IMG/VR virus record: IMGVR_UViG_3300012926_000006
Span: 1-56,547 of that record
Direction: 5' to 3' (one strand)
Source: a virus
Lineage: Duplodnaviria; Caudoviricetes
DNA: 56,547 nt
Under the pieces are notes generated by a model. It was given only the letters and a program-made list of their open reading frames with translations, was not told where the DNA came from and searched no databases. This document shows, one piece after another, positions 35,941-44,669 of this stretch; the first letter of the stretch is position 1; each line of letters opens with the position of its first letter. A program made the position numbers and the translations under genes.

Positions 35941-36141
35941 ATGAACGCCACTCAAACCGCAATCAAAGCATCAGCCCTAGCAAAACTAGAAGTGCTTAGC
36001 GATGACCAACTGAAAAAAGTCGTTGCTACCTTGACAGAAGATTTCCGCGATGGTGCAGACATTGCCCTTGCTTTCGCTTTGGAAGCCTTGCAAGACCGGA
36101 TGCAGCAAGCCGCGTTCGTTGAATTCTGTAACGGCATCTGA
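35941..36141 (+). CDS. Hypothetical protein
   Basis: AAAGGGG RBS before ATG 35941. Confidence 0.55.
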   Translation: MNATQTAIKASALAKLEVLSDDQLKKVVATLTEDFRDGADIALAFALEALQDRMQQAAFVEFCNGI

Positions 36142-36152
36142 GGGGAACCGCC

Positions 36153-36347
36153 ATGAAAATCACAATGTTCCTGCAATACTGGCTCCAAACCTTGATGGCG
36201 CTGCTGTGCGTACCTGTAATGCGCCTGACCGGTTTCCGTTTCAGCAAAGCTTGGCGCGGTAACTGGGTCGTCAACCATGTAGCCGCTAACCTGTGGGCTG
36301 ATGGCTACCAAGTCGGTTTTTGCCGGTTCTTTAACCGTTATATCTAA
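36153..36347 (+). CDS. Hypothetical protein
   Basis: GAGGGG RBS; stop codon abuts the ribozyme. Confidence 0.5.
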   Translation: MKITMFLQYWLQTLMALLCVPVMRLTGFRFSKAWRGNWVVNHVAANLWADGYQVGFCRFFNRYI

Positions 36348-36406
36348 TCCTGCTGACGAGTCGCGCTGATTACGCGACGAAACCGCTTAGGCGGTCCAGG
36401 AAATCA
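36348..36406 (+). ncRNA. Type I hammerhead ribozyme
   Basis: Stem I UCCUG/CAGGA, CUGACGA core, stem II GUCGCG/CGCGAC, GAAA, stem III CCGC/GCGG, GUC site (cut after 36396), loop II UGAUU can pair with AAUCA 36402-36406. Confidence 0.92.
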
Positions 36407-36411
36407 ATCCT

Positions 36412-36429
36412 GCCCCGTTCCAGCGGGGT
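36412..36429 (+). promoter_or_regulatory. UUCCAG-loop hairpin 2
   Basis: GCCCCG-UUCCAG-CGGGGU before CAAAGGGG RBS. Confidence 0.5.
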
Positions 36430-36448
36430 TTCACACAAAGGGGGTTTT

Positions 36449-36634
36449 ATGTCTAAACAAGAAGACCCGGCATTGTTTTTTGGCGTCTTGCCGAAAAAGG
36501 ATGTCGTGTTAGAAGCGCTGCTTGAATCTGAAAAGTTGTTAGATTCGGTCGCATTTGTCAACCAAGAAGGCGATACCGTTAAGCCTTTACGCCTGATTCG
36601 TCGGGCGATTATTAAGGTAAACACTGGTAAATGA
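36449..36634 (+). CDS. Hypothetical protein
   Basis: AAAGGGGG RBS. Confidence 0.5.
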   Translation: MSKQEDPALFFGVLPKKDVVLEALLESEKLLDSVAFVNQEGDTVKPLRLIRRAIIKVNTGK

Positions 36635-36640
36635 TGGCTA

Positions 36641-36702
36641 TTGCACAATGTTGACAGTCATCATACAATCTAACGGGGTCAGGCTTTCCAGTTCCTGACC
36701 CC
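36641..36702 (+). promoter_or_regulatory. Sigma70 promoter and UUCCAG-loop hairpin 3
   Basis: TTGCAC-17-TACAAT; GGGGUCAGG-CUUUCCAGUU-CCUGACCCC at 36675-36702. Confidence 0.6.
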
Positions 36703-36732
36703 TCACCATTTGATAGAAGGGGTAAATCACAA

Positions 36733-36933
36733 ATGGCTAACGCGAATTCTACAGCAAAACCGGGTAAATCGAAAACGGCTCAGGCTATCGATTACCTGAA
36801 GCAAAACCCGGAAAGCAGCGTTTATGCTGCTGCTAAATTGTTTGACATCCCGCCCGGTGGAGTCTACCGCCGTCTGAAACAGGAAAAGACCCGCTGCCCT
36901 TGTTGCGGCCAGATCGTGAAAGCGGAAAAATGA
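36733..36933 (+). CDS. Small HTH protein with CPCC motif
   Basis: SVYAAAKLFDIPPGGVYRRL. Confidence 0.65.
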   Translation: MANANSTAKPGKSKTAQAIDYLKQNPESSVYAAAKLFDIPPGGVYRRLKQEKTRCPCCGQIVKAEK

Positions 36934-37226
36934 CAGGTTCTATCTTCGTTGATGCGCAAAAGATGGCTAAGCGTCATCCGTCTACGTTCTATGTACCCAC
37001 CAAGGCCCAGCTTGCCGCTATAGCGCCAGGGGCTTACGTCAAAGTCTGCGCAGGAACTGAGCGGTTTTGGGTTGAAGTCAAGTCGGTCAACGGCTCTAAG
37101 ATTGCAGGGCGTATTGACAATGATTTAGTTTGCACATCTGAGCACAGTTTGAATTGTGGCGATGACATCGAATTTGAGCCGCGCCATGTCTACCAAATAC
37201 TGCAACCACAAAAGGGACTGGAATGA
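36930..37226 (+). CDS. DUF2314/YegJ-like protein
   Basis: ERFWVEV..GRIDND..GDDIEF. Confidence 0.5.
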   Translation: MTGSIFVDAQKMAKRHPSTFYVPTKAQLAAIAPGAYVKVCAGTERFWVEVKSVNGSKIAGRIDNDLVCTSEHSLNCGDDIEFEPRHVYQILQPQKGLE

Positions 37227-37513
37227 ACCGTTCTGCGTACACTACTGAACTTACTAACGGTGTTCTGTGCATTACAGACCTAAACATCGGCAAGTCTGTT
37301 ACTAATGATGCCGAAAACGTTATTGCTGACCTTATCAAAGGTGGCTGGGACTTCACTACAATTCCAGTCATTTACCGCGATAGCATTGGTATGTGGGACG
37401 GCTTGCAAGTTCTTAACGGTCGCTTTGTCGGCTTTTTTCAAATTTGCGAAGATGACCAGCTTAAAGCGGTTCAAAGCGCCTTGGATAGAGCGGAAGCCAT
37501 CAAAAACTTTTAA
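37223..37513 (+). CDS. Conserved hypothetical protein
   Basis: SVTNDAENVI..IYRDS.G.WDG motif. Confidence 0.6.
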   Translation: MNRSAYTTELTNGVLCITDLNIGKSVTNDAENVIADLIKGGWDFTTIPVIYRDSIGMWDGLQVLNGRFVGFFQICEDDQLKAVQSALDRAEAIKNF

Positions 37514-37569
37514 ACGCCGCCACGGGCCTAAAAATAGCCTTCTTATCGATTTTAACTAAAGGGGAAACT

Positions 37570-37848
37570 ATGGAAATCGAAGTTATAGCAAAAGATAAAA
37601 CTGGCGAAGTGCCGGATAACGTCATCCAAAAGATCGCTGCTGAAATTATCCCTTTGCTGTTCCGCGAACACAGTACGCCGGAAGATTCTATTAAGGCTTT
37701 GGGCGTCTGCCTTTCCGGTTTGGTTCAAATCATGGCACACAAATTTCCAGAATTGACGCCAGAAGAACATAAGCAGGTTGCTTTGGACCTGTTCAATGAC
37801 GCAATGAACGATACGACACTGGAAATAAGCCGAATGTCGGTGAATTAA
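37570..37848 (+). CDS. Hypothetical protein
   Basis: AAAGGGG RBS. Confidence 0.5.
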   Translation: MEIEVIAKDKTGEVPDNVIQKIAAEIIPLLFREHSTPEDSIKALGVCLSGLVQIMAHKFPELTPEEHKQVALDLFNDAMNDTTLEISRMSVN

Positions 37849-38000
37849 AACCCAGCCGCAACCGCTCCCGCTACACAAGCGCGGACGTTATAGCCTTGAA
37901 AGCTTTCGCCGCCGTTTAGAACGATGATGACCAAAGCGCCCGACTGGTCAATAGTCCTTAAGTTCGCGCTTATCCAGTCAAGTATTTGCGTATCGTTCAT
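37845..38000 (-). CDS. Small protein, 51 aa (not in ORF track)
   Basis: MNDTQILDWISAN... Confidence 0.4.
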   Translation of the reverse strand: MNDTQILDWISANLRTIDQSGALVIIVLNGGESFQGYNVRACVAGAVAAGF

Positions 38001-38010
38001 GATGATATCC

Positions 38011-38040
38011 AAAAAAAATCCCCGGCCTAAACCGGGGTTT
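38011..38040 (-). terminator. Terminator downstream of late promoter
   Basis: CCCCGG/CCGGGG plus U8. Confidence 0.7.
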
Positions 38041-38063
38041 ATAGCTGGCTGGCTAAATAATCT

Positions 38064-38207
38064 TTACCTAGATTTACCGCGTCTAGCGGCTTCTATCAGG
38101 TCACGGCCAAGAATGCGCTTAATCGCTTTAGCGTCTGGTTGCTGGACCCGATAAGTGACCACGGAAACCGGAATAGGCTGACGGGTTTTATCTTGGTCTG
38201 GTTTCAT
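38064..38207 (-). CDS. Small basic protein, 47 aa (not in ORF track)
   Basis: MKPDQDKTRQ...AARRGKSR. Confidence 0.35.
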   Translation of the reverse strand: MKPDQDKTRQPIPVSVVTYRVQQPDAKAIKRILGRDLIEAARRGKSR

Positions 38208-38327
38208 TTTGAATGCTGAAAAAGAAAAACCCCACCGTTAATAGGCAGGGTCTTTTTACGTGCGAAGTGGCGCGGCTCTTTGTTATCCCTTGTTGGTCGC
38301 AAGGATAGAAATTCCAATTTAGCCGAT

Positions 38328-38356
38328 TGTATACGCCTTTTTTCTCAAAGTGTCTA
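38328..38356 (-). promoter_or_regulatory. Putative late promoter (pR'-like)
   Basis: TAGACA-17-TATACA right after the Q-like gene, with terminator-like hairpins near 38226-38257 and 38011-38040. Confidence 0.5.
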
Positions 38357-38803
38357 CCCCTGCTTAAATTTATTTTCATGGGCTTCTTGCTGGACTCTTT
38401 GCCAGCGTCTGAAGATCATATTATGCGCTTGGGTAAGTAGTACGTAATACCTTGAGCGATGCACACCTAACAGCCTTGCGATTTCGTAACCGTTGCGTTT
38501 CTTTTCCTCAATCCTGCCGTTGATTTGTGCCCGGCCAAGATGGTACATAACAAACGCTTGCCTATGCTTAATCGGTAATGCTGTCACTAAACGCTCAAAC
38601 TCTACGGCTTCCAAAGGCTTAATCGGGATAGGTCGGTATAGAGTGGCTTCCAGATCACCGCGTTTCGGAATATAAAGAAAACCTAGTGGACATTTAAAGG
38701 ACGGGGGAAGATAGTCCTTGCTCCTGCCCCAGCGCAACCAATTGCTAATGTCACTTGCAAGGATGTGTTCTACCTGTCGAATACCTAGATTTTCTGATTC
38801 CAT
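38354..38803 (-). CDS. Antitermination protein Q-like
   Basis: NW.RW N-terminus, sigma-4-like HTH EIARLLGVHRSRYY; lambdoid position. Confidence 0.65.
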   Translation of the reverse strand: MESENLGIRQVEHILASDISNWLRWGRSKDYLPPSFKCPLGFLYIPKRGDLEATLYRPIPIKPLEAVEFERLVTALPIKHRQAFVMYHLGRAQINGRIEEKKRNGYEIARLLGVHRSRYYVLLTQAHNMIFRRWQRVQQEAHENKFKQG

Positions 38804-38807
38804 GTAT

Positions 38808-39014
38808 CTATGCCGTTTTGGGTTCTGCTGTTGCTGTCATGGTGATTATTCCGTCTGTATGCAAATCGAAATTTAATGTTTCATCACCTGGACAAAAATA
38901 GTTCATCATTCTTTCAGATTCTTCGATGTCAAATTCTACCCTAGCGGTTCCAGCACGATACATTAAAACGCCAATTACTAAATGCAATGCATCGATTAAT
39001 CTTTTGTCGTTCAT
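38808..39014 (-). CDS. Hypothetical protein
   Basis: GGGG RBS. Confidence 0.45.
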   Translation of the reverse strand: MNDKRLIDALHLVIGVLMYRAGTARVEFDIEESERMMNYFCPGDETLNFDLHTDGIITMTATAEPKTA

Positions 39015-39023
39015 GTTACCCCC

Positions 39024-39257
39024 TTAATGTATTGTGACAAGGCTTGCGGCCCCTGTCGGGTCGTCTTCCGCCGCCTGTTCTTTGGTGATGATTTTTACAT
39101 GCATGGTGCCGTCATCAGGCTTTAAAGCGAGAACTTTGCCAGCATGCGTATTTCCAACTGCAATTAAATCATCGTTGGTAAAAATAATATCCGTAATTCC
39201 GTACCGCACCATAAGGCAACAAATCACCTTAGATAGTGTTTCCATTTTGTCGTCCAT
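39024..39257 (-). CDS. Hypothetical protein
   Basis: AGGAGG RBS. Confidence 0.5.
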   Translation of the reverse strand: MDDKMETLSKVICCLMVRYGITDIIFTNDDLIAVGNTHAGKVLALKPDDGTMHVKIITKEQAAEDDPTGAASLVTIH

Positions 39258-39296
39258 GATTCCTCCTAATACCCCGGCCTGAGCCGGGGGACCGGT

Positions 39297-40697
39297 TTAG
39301 TTTTCGTATTCTTCCATCGCTTTTGCAATGACCTTTTGCATCGATGCTTCCAGGTCGGATGCAACTGGAGGTTTCGCCGCGCTGCGTTCCTTCAACAGTT
39401 TCAGTTGCGCCGCCATCGATGCCGCCGACGCTACCAACGCCTGTTCGGACAAATGGGTTACCGGAATGCCTGGGGCTTGTAGCGACAACTGCGCCAGCTT
39501 GGCCCGCTTCACGACTTCAGAAATAACTGCCGGGATTTCTCCTGCCAATTCCTGACCGGCCTTGCTCAGATCGGTATCAGCTTCGATTGCGGAACCACCA
39601 TACAGACGCAACAGACGTTCTACCGCTTTAGCATCAGGCGGCAAGACTTCAATCACCGCATCCAGACGGCCAGGGCGCAACATTGCCGGATTGATGGCGT
39701 TCAAGTCGTTTGTGGTCAGAACGACGATAACATTGGTCGATTTGGTGTCAATCCCGTCAATGACATTCAAAATGTCGTCCATTTCAACAGAACGTTCGCC
39801 AGACAGAGCGCGGTCGATATCTTCGCAGAACACCACACAGGCCGGACTTTGATTCTGTTTGGCGAAGCCGATAGCGTAGCTGAGTTCGTCAGCCCGTGGG
39901 ATATACAGGTAAGTAATGCCGTGGTCTACCGCAATCTTACTGGCGACGGTCGCGGCCAAGGTCTTGCCAGTGCCATAAGTGCCACCCAGCAGCACGCCAC
40001 GTTTCACAGGAATGCGATTTGCGATGCAATCAATAACGCGTTTAATCGGGGTAAACAGGTTGATATTGATTTGCGTCTGTACCGATTCAGGATAGATAAC
40101 CATTTCTTCACTGATTGTGCTGGTATCCATGAACTTAGGTTCAGGCATGTCCAGCCGGTTGCCGTCATCGTCCAGGAAACGCATCTTGATTGCCTTGCCG
40201 CGATAGATAGAATTTTCTTTCAGATAGGCGCGTACTTCGTCAAAGATTTTTTTGATTGTCGCTTCGTCCTTGCGTTTCACTCCTGCTGACAATTTGAAGA
40301 CCAGACGGCCCTCTTTTTCGTCAACACTAGTGGACATCAGGCCATCTACGCCGGGCAGAGAAAAAGAACCCCACGGTACTTGCTTTGTTTTGTTGTAGTC
40401 GATATCGATGGTAACCAGCTTAGGCGGACGTGGACCGAAAAAAGTCGGTGTTGCGGTCGCGGCGGTCCAGCCGAATTTATTGGTTAGTACAGAGTCAATT
40501 GCGTTAGCGCCATCCCAAGGGAATACGTCAAACGTTTCTTGCATTGTGACCTGTTCTTCAAGAAATTCTTCCCGGCGTGTCAAAAGGTCTTTGGCGTCTT
40601 TAATGCTCATGCCTTCAGGCAAGATCATTTTTTCGCCGTGATATACGATTTCCGCAACGTGTGCTTTTTTGCCAGCCTCTTGCAAAGTCTTACTCAT
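39297..40697 (-). CDS. Classical-clade AAA+ ATPase
   Basis: GTYGTGKT, VVFCEDID, TTND..INPAMLRPGRLD (second region of homology). Confidence 0.9.
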   Translation of the reverse strand: MSKTLQEAGKKAHVAEIVYHGEKMILPEGMSIKDAKDLLTRREEFLEEQVTMQETFDVFPWDGANAIDSVLTNKFGWTAATATPTFFGPRPPKLVTIDIDYNKTKQVPWGSFSLPGVDGLMSTSVDEKEGRLVFKLSAGVKRKDEATIKKIFDEVRAYLKENSIYRGKAIKMRFLDDDGNRLDMPEPKFMDTSTISEEMVIYPESVQTQININLFTPIKRVIDCIANRIPVKRGVLLGGTYGTGKTLAATVASKIAVDHGITYLYIPRADELSYAIGFAKQNQSPACVVFCEDIDRALSGERSVEMDDILNVIDGIDTKSTNVIVVLTTNDLNAINPAMLRPGRLDAVIEVLPPDAKAVERLLRLYGGSAIEADTDLSKAGQELAGEIPAVISEVVKRAKLAQLSLQAPGIPVTHLSEQALVASAASMAAQLKLLKERSAAKPPVASDLEASMQKVIAKAMEEYEN

Positions 40698-40746
40698 GAT
40701 TTGTCCTCTTATTAAATTAACCGCCAGCATTATTACTGGACGGGTG

Positions 40747-41115
40747 TTACCGCAAGCCTAGATAGTCCCTTACTGTCCTAATCGCGGCCTCCGAATCCGT
40801 TACCACTACTACCAACCAATTTTCTTTCAGCAATCCGTCCATGAATTCAAGCTGCGCCTCTGTTGGCTTCTCGCCTGGGCGCTTAAACTCCATCGCCAAG
40901 CCGCTAAAACCGTGCCTGGGAGCCGGAAACAATACGTCTGGCACTCCGCTTACCAATCCTTCCGCTTTCATCCTGGCGGCGGTTTTAAAGCCACGCTTGG
41001 CAGCGTTCGGCACAGCAAAGACCAATTTCAATACAGGATGAATATTTTTTGCCAATCGCACCCAGTCAAAAAACGCGGTCTGGATGTCATGTTCTAAAGG
41101 ATTGATTTTTCTCAA
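40747..41115 (-). CDS. VRR-NUC domain nuclease
   Basis: EHDIQ, FAVPN, GLVSGVPD, AMEFK..Q. Confidence 0.85.
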   Translation of the reverse strand: MRKINPLEHDIQTAFFDWVRLAKNIHPVLKLVFAVPNAAKRGFKTAARMKAEGLVSGVPDVLFPAPRHGFSGLAMEFKRPGEKPTEAQLEFMDGLLKENWLVVVVTDSEAAIRTVRDYLGLR

Positions 41116-41555
41116 TCCCCACCGCCAGAACTTGAACCGCTATCGCTGGAGCCACAATCCGAACTACTAGAACTGCTTGAACTTGAATCGCTGAAGCTGA
41201 AGGAACTGCATGACGCGCTAGAATTCGATGCCGATTCAATGACCTGTTGCGCCGCCAACATTGAAATGCTGTCGCTGTCGTTGTCCCATATGCGCGGCGG
41301 GTCTTGGTACAGGTGACGCGATGGCATGCCTTCTCTTTGCAACGCTGCCTGTTGTTCTCGCACTGCCGACAAAAAGGAAATCTTTTCAAGACGGTCAGAA
41401 TAATATTGCCGTTCTTTGTTTTCTAAATCGGCGCGTAGCTTGTTCGCCCTGGCTACCCGTTCCTGGCGTTCCAGTTCTTCCAACCGCAGCGCCTCAGCCT
41501 TTTTCGCTTCCCGTTTCAAGCGTAGTTTTGTCCAGGGACTTACGAAGCCGAACAT
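41112..41555 (-). CDS. Hypothetical protein with Ser-rich C-terminus
   Basis: SDSSSSSSSSSDCGSSDSGSSSGGGD tail. Confidence 0.55.
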   Translation of the reverse strand: MFGFVSPWTKLRLKREAKKAEALRLEELERQERVARANKLRADLENKERQYYSDRLEKISFLSAVREQQAALQREGMPSRHLYQDPPRIWDNDSDSISMLAAQQVIESASNSSASCSSFSFSDSSSSSSSSSDCGSSDSGSSSGGGD

Positions 41556-41842
41556 ACAGCCTCCCTTACCTCTTTCTTGGTCTTTTTGATTTCCGGCTTC
41601 GGATTCTTGGGAATCCCGGCCAATTGGCGTATCTGGTCCACCGGATAGCCGGTAACGTCATGAATAACGATGATCAGACTGGCCGGAAACGGAACCTGCC
41701 GATTACGTACCCGGCAAATCATCGGAGCGCCAACGCCTAATGCACGGGCTAACGCGGCATCTGATTTCACTTTCAGTTTTTCCGTTAAGTTGTCCAACAA
41801 AATATCCGGGTCGTAGCCGGTCAAGTTCAATAGGTCTATCAT
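41540..41842 (-). CDS. XRE-like HTH protein
   Basis: KSDAALARALGVGAPMICRVR..ASLII.IH. Confidence 0.7.
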   Translation of the reverse strand: MIDLLNLTGYDPDILLDNLTEKLKVKSDAALARALGVGAPMICRVRNRQVPFPASLIIVIHDVTGYPVDQIRQLAGIPKNPKPEIKKTKKEVREAVCSAS

Positions 41843-42543
41843 TTCTTTTCCTCGCTGTTAAGTGCCTGTTTTGCAAAATCAATTTGAATCTTTGTCAGGG
41901 TCTTGTCTCCTGCCTTTTCCCGTTCCAGAATTCTCCTTGCCCATCGTTTATGATCTATCCGCTCATCCACGGATTTACCTACGCCCTTCAATGTTTCCAT
42001 CAGTTTTGTTACGGCTTCTCTTGATGGCTTTTCTTTTCCCGGTGCTGGCAATGCAATCATGGGAGCCGGGATTGCTTCCCATTGATCTTTCGCAAGTTCT
42101 GCCGATAACGCCGCTTCCCACCGTTGCCGGATTTGCGAATAGGTTTGATTTTTTAACTCAAACGCAGAAACGCGCACAGAAGCCCAAAAAATCGCCGGAT
42201 GACTCCACATACCGACTTCACCTAATTCGCGCCTTCTACAGCCCTCTAAAGCTTCGTAATAGGCATTTAAAGGATTTATCTCAGGTCGGCATGCTCTAAT
42301 AAATTCTGGCTGACTGGGCGGATAATTAAACTCATTCAGCTTTGCAATACCACGTCTAAATTCCAATTCGGTAAGGACAAACAGCGCCTTGCACCAATCA
42401 CGCTTAAGCTTGTCAGGGTCAACCACTGACCACTTATCAACAAATTGCTTTCCCCATTTCGATAACATCTGATCAAACAGCCATTCCACTACTCTTTCCG
42501 GTCCTGCTTTTTCCAACCATTCAGGCATCGATGGTAAATTCAT
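41839..42543 (-). CDS. Replication protein P-like/helicase-loader-associated protein
   Basis: W..AL..L...G....YPPSQPEF..C, WSHPAIFWA; follows initiator. Confidence 0.6.
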   Translation of the reverse strand: MNLPSMPEWLEKAGPERVVEWLFDQMLSKWGKQFVDKWSVVDPDKLKRDWCKALFVLTELEFRRGIAKLNEFNYPPSQPEFIRACRPEINPLNAYYEALEGCRRRELGEVGMWSHPAIFWASVRVSAFELKNQTYSQIRQRWEAALSAELAKDQWEAIPAPMIALPAPGKEKPSREAVTKLMETLKGVGKSVDERIDHKRWARRILEREKAGDKTLTKIQIDFAKQALNSEEKK

Positions 42544-43321
42544 CGTTATCCCCTTTTTTGCCGGTCAATCTGTTGGCAAAATCCTGGCTATGGTTCGTTG
42601 CTTTCCAATCGCTTAGGTAATGCTTGTCAGGCCCTAAAAATGTTGCCGCATGTTTGATGTATTGCGAATCCACATTCATTGTTTTGCAATACGCCCGATA
42701 TCGATAAACGCCGTGCTGCATTTCTTCAACGCTTGCGCCTTCTTTTAATCTTGCATTCCAAGCTTTCAATGCTTGAGACTTATTTGCTCCTGGACGTTTT
42801 GGATACATCTGCCAAAGTTTTTCAAATTCACCGTCGATATTTTTTTTGTTTGGCGCTTTTTCAGTAATCAGGTATCCGGTATCAGGAATCAATAAATCAG
42901 GAATCAGGAATAAGGAATCAGCCGGAGCACTTCCGATTTTTTCCGAATTAATCGCGATTTTCTCTAACGTATTGATTTCCTTATGCTTTTCCTCAAAGTC
43001 CGGTATGTCGCTTCCGGCTTCCCGTTCATTTTTATGCGGGTTTTGATGCCGCGTAAAATTAACGATTTTTATGTATCGTTTTCCTTGAACCGAATAAATC
43101 GAGATAAATCCAGATTTATCCAGATTAATCGCGAGTTTTAAAACGTCGCATTCGTCGTACGGCAGCAATTGCGCTTTGATACGTTTTGGCCTGAATTCCA
43201 AACATCCTTTAAAATCTGCAATAGTCCACATACCGATAAATAACAGTCTTGCCAGCGGGTCTAAGCTTCCTAAAATTTCGTTTTGAAAAAAAGCGGCTTT
43301 TATATTTCTAGCTCGGGCCAT
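42521..43321 (-). CDS. Replication initiator protein
   Basis: MARARNIK, ARLLFIGMWTIAD..G, NFTRHQNP, FEKLWQMYP..YIKHAATFL. Confidence 0.85.
   Translation of the reverse strand: MARARNIKAAFFQNEILGSLDPLARLLFIGMWTIADFKGCLEFRPKRIKAQLLPYDECDVLKLAINLDKSGFISIYSVQGKRYIKIVNFTRHQNPHKNEREAGSDIPDFEEKHKEINTLEKIAINSEKIGSAPADSLFLIPDLLIPDTGYLITEKAPNKKNIDGEFEKLWQMYPKRPGANKSQALKAWNARLKEGASVEEMQHGVYRYRAYCKTMNVDSQYIKHAATFLGPDKHYLSDWKATNHSQDFANRLTGKKGDNDEFTIDA
42866..42922. repeat. Heptamer tandem repeats (WATCAGG) inside initiator gene; putative origin
   Basis: About 8 imperfect copies next to an AT-rich tract; TTAATCGCGA repeated at about 42948 and 43125. Confidence 0.5.
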
Positions 43322-43571
43322 AAGAATCCTTATTTTCCCGCAAACGCCAAAATTGATTGCCGTTATATCGGTGCGTCTTTACATGGCAATCATGACAAAG
43401 CAATTGACCGTTACTTAACACATATCTCAATTCAGGAAATTCTTGATATGACTTTATGTGATGCACTTCTAACGCATCCGTACTGCCACACAAAATACAT
43501 TTGTGTCCGTCTCGTTCAGAAACCAATTTTTTCCAGCCATGATAATTATTTGGATTTAACGCACGCGGCAT
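43308..43571 (-). CDS. HNH endonuclease
   Basis: RDGHKCILCG..VHHIK..NGQLLCHDCH..H. Confidence 0.85.
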   Translation of the reverse strand: MPRALNPNNYHGWKKLVSERDGHKCILCGSTDALEVHHIKSYQEFPELRYVLSNGQLLCHDCHVKTHRYNGNQFWRLRENKDSYGPS

Positions 43572-43891
43572 TATTTCAACCTGTCCTTATTCACAATCAA
43601 ATAACCTTGCTCAATCAGTGCAATCAAGGTCAGTGCAATATGCTCATACTCAAACGCGTAGCGCTCCTGTTTGGTCATGGTGGACCCCTGATCAAGTTCG
43701 GCATGACATCCCGCCTTTCCAAAATCTGAAGCGCACAAAGCCATAATCGCGGCATCACTGCCTTTGATTCCTCGACCCTTGCCAAATCGCAATTGGTTAC
43801 TATGGGCGGCCTGAGTCCTGCCTGTGGTTTGACAGTGTGCGCAAGGCAACTGCCGAACAGCGGCAAGCAATAAATCGTTTCTATAGATCAT
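43571..43891 (-). CDS. DUF1364/DUF968-like nuclease-fold zinc protein
   Basis: LPCAHC..QAAHSN..GKGRGIK..LC..CH. Confidence 0.7.
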   Translation of the reverse strand: MIYRNDLLLAAVRQLPCAHCQTTGRTQAAHSNQLRFGKGRGIKGSDAAIMALCASDFGKAGCHAELDQGSTMTKQERYAFEYEHIALTLIALIEQGYLIVNKDRLK

Positions 43892-43901
43892 TAGGTACGG
43901 C

Positions 43902-44078
43902 TTACGCCGTTCTTGGCATCCTTTTTACGCAACGATCACAGGTTGATTGATCAAGGGTAAATTGGCCGGTAGAGCGCCGGGTTCGGCAACATAAACAAAG
44001 GCGCTGCGAGAAATTCAGCGGTTTTACAGTCTCGCAACGATAACGGCTTTGAGCCGTGGGTGACATGGAGACTTTCAT
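43902..44078 (-). CDS. Small zinc-finger protein, 58 aa (not in ORF track)
   Basis: CLCC..RS.GQF..CDRC. Confidence 0.45.
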   Translation of the reverse strand: MKVSMSPTAQSRYRCETVKPLNFSQRLCLCCRTRRSTGQFTLDQSTCDRCVKRMPRTA

Positions 44079-44383
44079 GCTTCAATCTCCAATTCAAGCG
44101 GGTTCCATGCGCAATCAGACCATTCCACCTTGACGCCGAATTCGGTATCACGGTTTTCTGGCGGTAGTTTTTTCTTACGAAGATTTTCTGGGCATACAAC
44201 GCCAACATTGCCACGGTATGAAATACGATAACCAGACACTAAGCCCATGTTGTCGCGAATGTCCTGAACAGTGCGGACTTCCAGCGGACCGGTTATCTCG
44301 CATTCTTCGCCATTCATAAAAGCGAACGGGGACGGGATATTTTGGAGAATCGCAATTTCTCCAATTTCAAAAACATTTTCCAC
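44075..44383 (-). CDS. Hypothetical SH3-like protein
   Basis: FEIGEIAI..NGEEC.I; GTG start with AAGGGAG. Confidence 0.5.
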   Translation of the reverse strand: MENVFEIGEIAILQNIPSPFAFMNGEECEITGPLEVRTVQDIRDNMGLVSGYRISYRGNVGVVCPENLRKKKLPPENRDTEFGVKVEWSDCAWNPLELEIEA

Positions 44384-44396
44384 GCTTGAGACTCCC

Positions 44397-44663
44397 TTAA
44401 ATGGTTGTACTCTCACACTCAAAGTTTTGTAATACGATGATTACACAGTCCGATGTCGGCACAGACTTGCCGAAATGGGTCGGGTGTAATTCATACCGGG
44501 AAATTTCCCCCGGAAATTGATGTTCTATAGTGATGCAGTGCTCTGGCAAAATAATTCCCTTGGCAATTTGTTTGCCTAACGCCTGGGGTGATATTCCGCA
44601 TACCCTTGCAAGTTTGCTTTGTGAACCTGCAAGCTTTATTGCTTTCTGAATTGCCTTTTGCAT
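44397..44663 (-). CDS. cro: Cro-like repressor (YdaS type)
   Basis: GSQSKLARVCGISPQAL, ISRYELHP; divergent from cI. Confidence 0.8.
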   Translation of the reverse strand: MQKAIQKAIKLAGSQSKLARVCGISPQALGKQIAKGIILPEHCITIEHQFPGEISRYELHPTHFGKSVPTSDCVIIVLQNFECESTTI

Positions 44664-44669
44664 TGAAAC

